The position numbers were made by a program, and so were the translations under genes. The notes under the pieces were generated by a model. The model made no database searches. It had not been told where the DNA came from and saw only the letters and a program-made list of their open reading frames with translations. From assembly GCF_000143415.4 (NCBI RefSeq), contig NW_003314409.1, positions 62,001-126,000 of the forward strand: a DNA stretch of 64,000 bases. The letters run 5' to 3'. The stretch is from Selaginella moellendorffii. Its lineage: Eukaryota; Plantae; Lycopodiophyta. Positions 34,787 to 44,217 of the stretch are shown here, piece after piece (within the stretch, counting starts at the first letter, position 1; the number at the start of each line of letters is the position of its first letter).

Positions 34787-37700
34787 TGCAGCCCACTTGG
34801 CGTCTCGGGAGATTACAGCACCACTCTCCAACTGTAAGTGGCAGAGTAGCCTTGCTGCTACGATCCGCTGCACACACAGTGCACATTCGCCAGCGAGTCC
34901 GGCCTCGATTGTCACGGCCTCCATTCGGCTTCAAATGGTAAGTCTTTTAGACCAAGTAGAAAATGGCATGAGGCCACATGCCATTCAGTAGCAACATTGG
35001 CATGCACCGATTGGGCTCTCGAGTGCAGTCCGGTTACAGATGGCGTGTAGCCTCACGCCATCTTAGGATGCAGCCTCAAGACATCTGATGCAGTGGTGAA
35101 TGGTGTGTGGCCTCACGTTATTTCCAGCTGCTAGCTTTTCATCTGTCAGCTCTAATTGTTGTGCATTTCTGAACAGGCGAGGAATTGCGTTCTTCTTCCA
35201 GCCACTGTCAATGTGGATGCAGAGAAGGGGGAGGAGCTCACCAGTTGGACTTTCGGGATGGAAGGCGAGGATCTGATGCTGTACAACACAGATGGTGGGA
35301 GAAAAGAATGCATGGGGATCCTCATCCAAGTGACAGACACTCCATGCAGTTCCATGCAAGAATATGGACTGGCACTTGTGGTAGAGACAGCGTCCGCCTT
35401 CAAGATCCACCTTGCACATCCTAGCGGCTTCCCGGAGGGGGGCAGCAGCTATGAGGAATTCCTAGAGGGAGCTAGGGAGAGGTTGTCCAGGAGGCCCACA
35501 ATTTCAAAGACGCTGCGGGTCTATGAAGATCACATGGAATCCACGGACCTCACCTACGGCGATGTTCAAAAACTATATTCCAACATTGAGCCGTTGAGAG
35601 TGCCTCCAGTTTGCGAAGCGAAGGGGAAGGGGGTCGATCTGGAAACTACCCCGAAGCAGAAAAGGGTGGTCAAGCTCAAGCCGACGTCCAACTCTGCTGC
35701 TCCAAAAAAGAAGCTACTCGGTGATGCCATTGCCTCGGGTTCGAACACTACACCCACCAAAAAGAAGAGCCGCAAAGAGCAGAAAGAGCAAGAAGAGGCA
35801 GCAAAAATCGTCGCAGATAATAGTACTTGTTACTATTCCAACAAAGTATATACAATCGACGTGAGCCGTATCGAGATCCAAAGCAAATACAACCACAGGC
35901 TAGTATCTGATGAGTGGGTGGAGAAACTGAAGCAGAAGATGCTGGCAAGTCCAGTAACACCCGACATCGCAAACGTGATCCCCTACTACCGAACAATGAA
36001 GGGCGAGACGAGGTTTCCAGACTTGATCAATAGGAAGGTGTTGGACGATCAGAACATCCGGTTCTATGCCATCTCCGGGCAGCATTCTAGCTTGGCGATG
36101 CAACAGATAGTTGTGGATATTATGGTGGGCGAGGAGGTGAAGAAAGTCTTCAAGACAAGAGTTGTCCGCCTGATAAAAGGCAACTCGCCCCTCTGATCTA
36201 TCATATACATCTCCCACGCGCAGAATGTCAAGCAAGAAACGTGCTACAAATTGGGTCTGCACGAGACATTGGCACGAACACGGAAGCTCTGGGTTCAACT
36301 GAAGAAGCCACAAAAACCAGGACAAGGACGTGCACTAGCAACTAGCGCCTGGCAGGTAAGCCTCGTTGCATGTGGCATAGCATGTGGCCTCACGCCATTT
36401 CCATTGCAGGAATTCTCGAGTCTTCTCTCGAAAACACTGGGGGTCAATGACACACTCAGCATCCATAACATTCTACTCGCGACAAAAGTTGTTTTTGACA
36501 AATGGGTAGATGTGCTGAGGAGGTACCATGACGGGGAGTTGCTAAACTCAATGGGTGTGGAGGACGGCCGGAAGCCCAATGATTTGAAGCTCAACGCCTT
36601 GCGTTTCTCGCGGTCTCTAGACGACGACGACCTTCTGACAGTGGCTAATGCTCTTCTACGTGATGAGGTAGTCTTCAACAAGACCAAAATGACTCCCAGC
36701 CATATTGTGACATACGAGGACTTGTGCACGACTCTGAGAGCTCGTGCGCTATTGAAGGATTGGATCTTCGAGCAAGTGGCCGTGGCGAGGGTGAGCATCG
36801 ACACCACGCAAGAGATGATGGAAGAGCTGGACTTGTCAAATGAAGACATCGACGAGTACGTGAAGGGGGCCCCCAAGTTCATCGATTTGCTGCGGGATGC
36901 CACGAAAAGTAAAGCTGAGAAGTTGGATCAGTATCCAAATTTCATTAAGAGGGATGTCGACCGCCGGCTTCAGAAACAGCTCGACCCCGCAGCAGAGGCC
37001 TATCGAGAACCTTACCGGGTATACGTGAATTCGGATGAGGATCAAAGGTGGAGGAGCATCGTTTCCCGCGGAGATGAGCAGGTCAAGAACATCTTTTGTG
37101 TGATGGACTTCACAAACGAGGAGATCACTCATGCAGACGAAGTCAGCTCCATCATTGACTTAATGGTGGGACTTGCGGAGGTGGAATCTTCAGTCCACTA
37201 TATGATCTACGACTCCGAATCCTATCACAAGTTCTGGAAGGCCTTGAACGAGGTGAAGGCTCGGTTGAAAGGCAAGGAGATGCGGGAGATCCATGGGATA
37301 ATGGCTAAGAAGAAGATACCGACGAATGTCCGCATCTTCACAGTCGCCCTTGTTATTGGTCCTGCAGCAGAGTGGGACTGGAGTGACTTCCCAGCTTCGT
37401 TCAACAAAGCCGATCGAATTGATCTGAGGGAGGTCAATTTACCCGTGCCTGAGGAACTGAAGACGGCTATGGAGCTTTCGAATCCAAAGAAAGCTCCAGG
37501 TGCAGCATGGGAAATGCTCAGCTGGGTCTTCAACGCAATAGCGGGTGACTCCAAGGGCAAATGCGTTGTCGAGTACAACTGCGGCGGACTATTCTTTCGA
37601 GCCGCACTACTCAAGGGTGTCCCGTGTGTTGCGGTGACAAACTCCATTGAAGAGGTGACTTCAATGGAGCATATAATTACAGTTGCCAAAGAAAAATAGT

Positions 37701-38786
37701 ATCTTCTCTACGAACCTGGTGAGTACGCACTTTAAGTTTAAATGTTATCTCACAAGCTCTGTATGCAGGAGCGTGGCCACCCCCAGATGCTGAAACGGCG
37801 TTAACAGCTACTGATGTTAGGCCGAGGTCACAACCTGCACAAGGTAAGGTCACGTGAGGCCTCACGCCATTTTGATTATAGATCGTTGTGAATATTCAGA
37901 CACGAGGACTGAAAAGCGCACTGGTGGCGCGTCGAAGAAGGACAAACAGACAAGCAATAGGAAAAAAGGAGGTACAAATTATATTTGCAATGGCGTGTGG
38001 TCTCATGCCATTCCTTGCAGGAGACACTTCTTCAAAGGCAAAACAGGCAAGCACCAGCCAAGCTCAAACTGACAGTGGTCATAAAAAGCGAAAGCACGTT
38101 GGACAGTCGTCGGGATCAGAGGCGTTTGATTCGAAAAGGAAGAAGGGCAACGAAAAGATGATAGGTAATGCCTCGCGGTTATGGCGTGTGTGCTCATGCC
38201 ATTCATTGCAGATCAAGGGCTGAGTGAAAGGAGCCAGTCACCACCTTCTAACTCAGATTCCTATGGCGGACTCCCCTTCCCCAATCTCAATGGAGAGGTA
38301 CAATGGATGAGGGATGCTTTTCAAGTCAGGGCCACGTTTTTCTCATCTCGTTGTCTTCGAAGGGTGCAAGAACGTGCAGAAACCATGTTAAGACAGTCGG
38401 GTGAGGATACGGTCCTAGGTCACGCACTAAAACAGGCTATGGATGTCTTGTATTTTGAGATGGAGACTTGGCCAGATGATTTTCCCAAGATGGTCCTGGA
38501 AAAACAAGCCATCCAGCCTGAGCAGCCTATGGAAGAAATGCAAGAGGGGGATGAGGAGCCAGAGAAAGATAATGAGCAGGAAGAGCAGAAGGACGAAGAG
38601 GAGGACAAAGAAGAGGAGGACGAAGAAGAGGAGGATGAAGAAGAGGAGGACGAAGAGGACTTGGATGGTCCTCACAATGGTGACGATCACAATAACGACG
38701 ATGATGATGATGACGACGATGGCCAGCCTGAGGTGGCCAAAGAGCAGCGAAGGAAGGTCATACAAGACAAACCATCAGGTAAATAA
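34787..38786 (+). pseudogene. Element-borne multi-exon gene: Lys-rich region, ParB/Srx(DGQHR)-like domain, degenerate beta-class DNA methyltransferase-like region, acidic tract; in-frame nonsense codons in this copy
   Basis: ORFs 35156..36196 and 36251..37699 are in the same frame, separated only by TGA at 36194. Motifs IDVSRI...YNHR.VS..WVEKLK...FYAISGQHS..A and NPKK.P...EMLSWV...GD...VVEYNCGG...AALLKG..CVAV. 38-54-nt GT-AG introns. Start and exon boundaries approximate. Confidence 0.6.
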
Positions 38787-39059
38787 TAGTACATCCATTC
38801 CTAACCTTTTACCATTTCTAACATTGTCCATGTAGGTCGCAGAAGAAATGGTAAGTAGAGATTATTCAGTTGAATTAAGATACAAACTCTAGCCTTTAGT
38901 GTCGAGGAAGGATAGTGCCAAGCAAGGGTCGAAACGTATGTCCAATCCTTCAAAATCAGCAGTGCGCCCAAGTGATATCGGTCCTAGCTCCTCAATAGCA
39001 GTTGATGGTAAATACAGTATAGTCGATTCAATGTGCTAATGAGTTTGTTTTTAGTAGCA

Positions 39060-40540
39060 CGGGAGGATACCATCTCAATCGAAGGGAGATATTTGGACAT
39101 GCATATGGATCCGCCAGTGGACTCTACTTGCCTGCAAGAGTCATCAGAGCTGGTGAAGGCTACTATCCATATCAACGCCAAGCAAGCTGACCACGCTCCA
39201 CTTGATGCTGCCCATACCACTGAGTCAATCTTGTCCACGTATCCAACTGACGGTGACCAGGCGCCATTGGACCCGCATGAGGCCGCCCCAGCCGCCAAGC
39301 CGGTCGTATCCTCATTTCCAACGTGTGCCCAATCGTCTGACTACGCGCCGTTGGAACCTCCCTACACCGCCCCTGCTGCCTGTTCGGTCATGTCCACTTT
39401 GCCAACGGAGGCACCAGCTGAAATGGCGTGTGATCACACGCCATCGGAACCACCCCATGCCACTGTTGAGCCAGTTGTACCAGAGTCTACAGCTGAAATG
39501 GCATGTGCCCACACGCCATCGGATGCGATTGACCCCACATTGCAGAGGAGAGTATTTCCGCTCTTCACATTTCCTCGACCAAAACCCTCTGAACGACCAT
39601 CGGGAGCACCATTCGCTAATATTGTAGATGGTAAAATTGACTTGTACCATTTTTTATGCTGACGCATTTCATTTCAGAGTCACGGCGAAAGTACTGTATC
39701 GTTTTTGATCTGAACGGTGTCCTTTTCTCCCATGAGCGTGGCTCGTCCTCAAATGTCACTGCACCCTCCAAAGCCTGCGGTCGCAAGTTGGTCAAAAGAG
39801 ACAGATTCACATTAATCACACGGGAGAAACTGCGGGATCTAATAATGACCATGCGACACTTAAAACAGAGGGCCGGGTTCAATTTGCAATTGGGAGTTTG
39901 GACATCCATGATGCGCCACAATGCATTAACGTTGCTACAGATGATGCACGATCAGACGCGAGTAATATTACCATTTGACTTTCTCCTAACGCAGGAGGAT
40001 TGCTTGACTATGGTCCATGTGAGGGGTAGCAAGCCCATCTTCGTCAAGGCAGAGGCTGTAGTGATGAACCGGACTGCTAGGTCAAGTGAAATCCTCATCA
40101 TCGATGACTCGCCGATTAAAACTGCAGCGAACACGCACACATATGCAGTGCACCCCATCTCTTGCAGTATGGAAACTAGGGAGAAGAAACCGTATGTTCT
40201 GGGGGACCTTGCAAAACGGCTTGAAGCGATGGTGATAGAGAACCGGCCAGTCCAGGAGGTGGCTGCAGAAATCAACCAAATGGCAGATGGAACGGTATAT
40301 CAGAAGCCATTTGATCGGACAGACACCAGTCATCATTTATGGCATGTATATTGTCTAGCCAAGCACTATCCGCATCTCCATAATCTGCTCAACCGGATGG
40401 GTTCTTCGACCACTGAACATGAGCGTGGTTCTCCTTGTCATCGTCGTTCAATTTCTTTCCATCCTTTTAATATTGGCTCAGTTGCTCCGAGTCTAGGTGG
40501 AGCCCAAGTCCCCATTCAATCTTTACTTTCCCCTTATTAA
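39060..40540 (+). CDS. Pro/Ala-rich exon spliced to an FCP1/NIF-type HAD phosphatase-like domain (element-borne; may be the 3' part of the upstream gene)
   Basis: YCIVFDLNGVL, GVWTSMMRHN, FLLTQEDC, KPIFVK, ILIIDDSPIK..N..AVHP. Donor GT at ~39631 and acceptor AG at ~39677. Confidence 0.75.
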
Positions 40541-40934
40541 TAAAACAACTTCGTAGACTTCCAATAACATGCTGTAACACTTCTAGTATAATGCAAATCC
40601 TCTCAAAGAATTGTCTTTTAATATTAATACAATGGCATGGAACCCCATGCTATAATAAGTTACATTTTTAAATAAATACATGCCATCTTAGACTGTTATT
40701 TTTTGCCTCCAACGGCTATACAATAATCTTGGAATTTCATCACTCTCCACACTATCAGGATTTAAACCCAATAGTAATGCCATCTCTTCTCTAATACAGC
40801 AGTGAGAAGTGATTGAGTAGACATTTCCTTGTTTAAAATAAAATGGCATGTGCCTCAATGCAGTTGAATTTTGTTATATTTATATACTATATAAAGGTTT
40901 GGAAACCTTATTTTACAAGTGGGATAATGACAAT

Positions 40935-40954
40935 TCCCACTTTAACGAAATAGA
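40935..40954 (-). repeat. Right terminal inverted repeat, overlapping hairpin AAGTGGGA-N10-TCCCACTT (40917-40942)
   Basis: Read directly from the sequence. Confidence 0.9.
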
Positions 40955-41248
40955 ATTTCATTATTGTCCTCTTGCAAGTGTATCAATTCGGAACCAATTT
41001 GTCAACGATTCCTCCTTCCCAAGACCAAGTCTATTCCAAACGGCGCGCGTCAACCGAGACACATTGTTATCCAACAAAAAATACACACGGAAACTTCGGT
41101 CCGAGTATATATACCCCTCTCAAGAGAGGTTTCTACACTCCCTCTTCTATCCAGTGCCAGTCCTCAAAGGTCAGACAGAGATCTTCGAAGCTCTCTAGAG
41201 TTCTGATTTGGCTTTTTTCTTTTTTAACTTGCAGTAGCAGTGTGTTCA

Positions 41249-41491
41249 ATGGCGATGAGCAAGACTCAGCTGGTTTCCCTTGGGCTTGTTGCCATATTTG
41301 TGATGATGCTGGCCATGGGAGTGGACGTGGGAGGAATCGCAAAGGTTGCTGCCCAGCGCTGCCAGAGAGGGTGGTACTAGTATGACAATGGCTGTCACCG
41401 CTGCCCGAAGAGTTGGTATTGGTATGGCGGAAGTTGCCACCGATGCCAGAGCGGCTGGAGCTGGCGCAATGGCCGCTGCTGGAAAAACTGA
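41249..41491 (+). pseudogene. Small secreted Cys/Trp-rich peptide with three 14-aa repeats; internal TAG at 41378
   Basis: Manual translation MAMSKTQLVSLGLVAIFVMMLAMGVDVGGIAKVAAQ RCQRGWY*YDNGCH RCPKSWYWYGGSCH RCQSGWSWRNGRCW KN. TATATATA at ~41105 upstream. Confidence 0.7.
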
Positions 41492-41564
41492 GATCTCCGG
41501 AATCATGGATAATGTAACTCGTAAGGTTTTCATGTTGCACCAGGAACTTCTGGGAAAACAAGAA

Positions 41565-42130
41565 GACCCGCGCAATATTCGAATCCATGGAGAATCCCAA
41601 CCTCTTCCATGATCCAGGCAAGAGATCTAGATCGCGGGCTCAGGAAGTTCGATGGGATGCTCCGGCGTGATGCCTCGATGTGGAACTCTGGCATATGCCG
41701 AGAACCTGCGAATCTGCGCTAGAGAAGAACGCGATCTCTTGGAATGTGATGATCACGCTTTGCATTTGCAGTGGCAAGGTCGCTGCTGCCAAGGATTGTT
41801 TCTATCAGATGCCTGCCAAGACGATCGTCGTTACAACATTGCCAGGATAGGGTATTTGAAGAAGCCGAGACTTTGTTTGAGAGCATCAAGGAGTGCGATG
41901 TGGTGTCGTGGACGGCCATGATCCAAGCTTATGTTGCGAATGGGGACCTCGGCTTTGTTTATGTAAATGCCTGAGAGGAATGTTGTGATGTGGTCGTCAA
42001 TGATACAAGGCCATGGGAGGAGGCCAGATACCGCTTTGAGTAGAGGACAGTGGACTATGGTGGCCAAGAATCTCTTTGAGAAGCTGCCCAACAAGGATGT
42101 AGTAACTGTATGATCACCACTTACGGCCAA
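41565..42130 (+). pseudogene. Deleted and frameshifted paralog of the 23832..25760 PPR gene
   Basis: Near-colinear DNA similarity to ~24040-24780 (CGCGCAAT(A/C)TTCGAATCCAT..AGAATCC, GATCTCTTGGAATGTGATGATCACGCTTTGCAT, GACGGCCATGATCCAAGCTTATGT). Confidence 0.88.
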
Positions 42131-42849
42131 AACGGGGAATCCTCATCTGTATGGCACCTACATCTTCCTAGAGATATAAAAAACCCCTTCAGATGTACAG
42201 CCCACAGTGTGACACTGCTACCACCTGGAAGTCCTCTCTTCACTGCTGGTGCCAGTTTAGACCAGTCCAAGAAATAAAGGGGGAAAAAAAAGATCTTATG
42301 GCACTGGAGGTGAATCAGAGTTTCCCACTCTTACCTTAGGAATCTTGATAAATATTTCCAGGGCTTTTCGACTGGGATCAGGTTGCCAGCAGGGACCAAT
42401 CAGTCTTGGGCATCCAGCTCGAGTGAAAGCGAGTGCTATCTAGCCGGGCGCGTGAGTGTACTCGCTTGTCGTCGTTCTCTCCTTCGATGGCGCATCCTCG
42501 TAGCTTTATCAAAATTCTAAAAATTTCGTGACCCAAACCTGATGTTTGGATTCAGGAAACTATGTTTGTCCAACATAGTAGGGCGATTGAGGAACTCATA
42601 GTTTAAATAGACACAAGCATTTCTACTCTAATCAATCCATCCAGCAAAATACTTAGTTAAATCACAGGAAGACAAACTTGCAGCAAACTTCCCGCTTCAA
42701 GGAAGCAGATCAATGATCTCCCCACGACGCATCAATCACCAGACGAACGAGGTGAGCAGTTGATCCCCTTCTACTCTTCTATAACCAGTGGCGCTAGATA
42801 CTCGCTCTCGGATCTCCAAACTTTGAGACCTCGCCAAGATCAAGCTCGA

Positions 42850-42925
42850 TCCTCTACCCTCCACAAAGTCGAGCCGAGCAAAACGAAAAGCCCTCCGTGG
42901 AGGTCTCGACGTTGCAAACCTTGTA
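42850..42925 (-). pseudogene. Short germin-like fragment immediately downstream of the DnaJ stop
   Basis: CCCTCCACAAAGTCGAGCCGAGCAAA matches the 29722-29747 region (ARLDFVEG). Confidence 0.6.
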
Positions 42926-42926
42926 G

Positions 42927-44163
42927 CTAAGCTTTTTTTGCTTTCCCCTTGGCTTTGAGCCTCTGCCTCGCTGCTTCAAACTCTTCCTCGGATGGTTCCT
43001 GAGGCATGGCATTCTTCTCTTTCTTCTTGCCGCCATACTTCGCCTCTAGCGCAGAAGTCAGTGAATCCATCCGTTTTTGACGGGACTGTATGGCTGCAAG
43101 TAAGTTTTCAGGGGGGTTCTGCCGTCTCCTACAAAAAATGGCAAAAAGTAAATTTCCACTTAAAAACAGCTGACATACTCGAAGGGATCGGCAGGAGCCG
43201 GCTGCGTTGCAGTCTTCTTGGCCCATTTACGATATGTGTTAGTCGACTTTAACTCCCCTGAAAGAAGGAATCGAGAAAAAGATAAGACTTCAAAGCTCGC
43301 ATAGATAAAAAAGGCTTACCAGAAGCAATTGCTTCATCGATCACCTCCATAAAACGATGCGAGTCAAGCTTGGGCTCTGAGCACATGAGCATCCCAAAGA
43401 CTCTGCATAGAATCACATCTGAGTACGTGCACATACAATCTAGAGATCTTTTCACGTACAGGTTCATGTTGCCTTTGCATTTTGTGTACAACTCCTTGAG
43501 ATCTTTTTTCTCTGTGTCAGAGCCTCTGTATGCTGCTGCAAACGCCTCGATATCTTCTTCAGTGACAGGCTAATGTATCTTTGATAAGAACCAATCTAGA
43601 GAAATGGCAGAAAACTCCACACACCTTGTAGATCGTCCTAAAGTACTCATAGAGTGATTTGCCACGATCCCCCAATAACTCCTGCAAGAGTAGAAAGATA
43701 AACAAGGAAACGAGAAGAGAGAAAAAAATGGAGAACTTACAGCGTCTTCAACAGATCCAGTTTCGTCGTACACAGCTCTCTTTTCAGGATCACCCAGGAC
43801 GGCAAAAACATTCTGGAGCGACTGAAATTTTTCATTGGCGTCCTACACAGAAAAAACCAGTGAGGAAGAACCTTCTTCTTGAAAGCCAAACCTTGTCTTC
43901 CGGATTCTTGTCCGGATGTAATCGCAGAGCAAGCTTGTGATAAGCCTTCTTGATCTCCGCCTGGGAAGCCGTCCGCTCAACCCCAAGGATCTAACACCAG
44001 CCCATAAAATGCGAAACTAAGCAAAGAACCGATCGCCTACCTCATACAAGCACTGGGGGGAGCTGGCGCCTGCGTCATTCTCCACCGCCTCGCCTCCATC
44101 GCCGCCATCGCCTCCATCGCCTTTGGCAGGAGCTGCCGCGCCCTTGCGCTTTCTCTTCGCCAT
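42927..44163 (-). CDS. ATJ6: Chaperone DnaJ protein, ATJ6/DNAJC9-like (multi-exon)
   Basis: J domain LYE|[53 protein letters not shown]...[10 protein letters not shown]; short GT-AG introns. Confidence 0.9.
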
Positions 44164-44217
44164 TTGAGCAAGGGTTGCCCGCCCACCGTCGATCTCCATT
44201 CCATCCTATAGCCACGA

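Larger units (their letters stand above)
30370..40958. mobile_element. ~10.6-kb TIR-bounded DNA element of unrecognised class carrying ParB-like/MTase-like and FCP1-like genes and dispersed 22-bp palindromes
   Basis: Perfect 20-bp TIR TCTATTTCGTTAAAGTGGGA (30375-30394) / TCCCACTTTAACGAAATAGA (40935-40954). Flanking direct repeat CATTAT (30367-30372, 40959-40964). Second copy at 1-1392 with a different flank. Confidence 0.85.

Noticed and set aside
30597-40865. 22-bp palindromes as a CRISPR array
   Set aside because: Spacing is irregular (tens to over 1000 bp), copies are degenerate and sit in introns and exons, no cas genes are present, and the context is eukaryotic.
30370-40958. Classification as CACTA, hAT, Mutator or Helitron
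   Set aside because: No CACTA ends, no 8-9-bp TSD, no long TIR, no TC...CTRR ends, and no recognisable transposase or RepHel.
41346-41612. Ala-rich 88-aa ORF
   Set aside because: An alternate frame of the Cys/Trp peptide gene running into the PPR relic; the other frame has a signal peptide and a clear repeat pattern.
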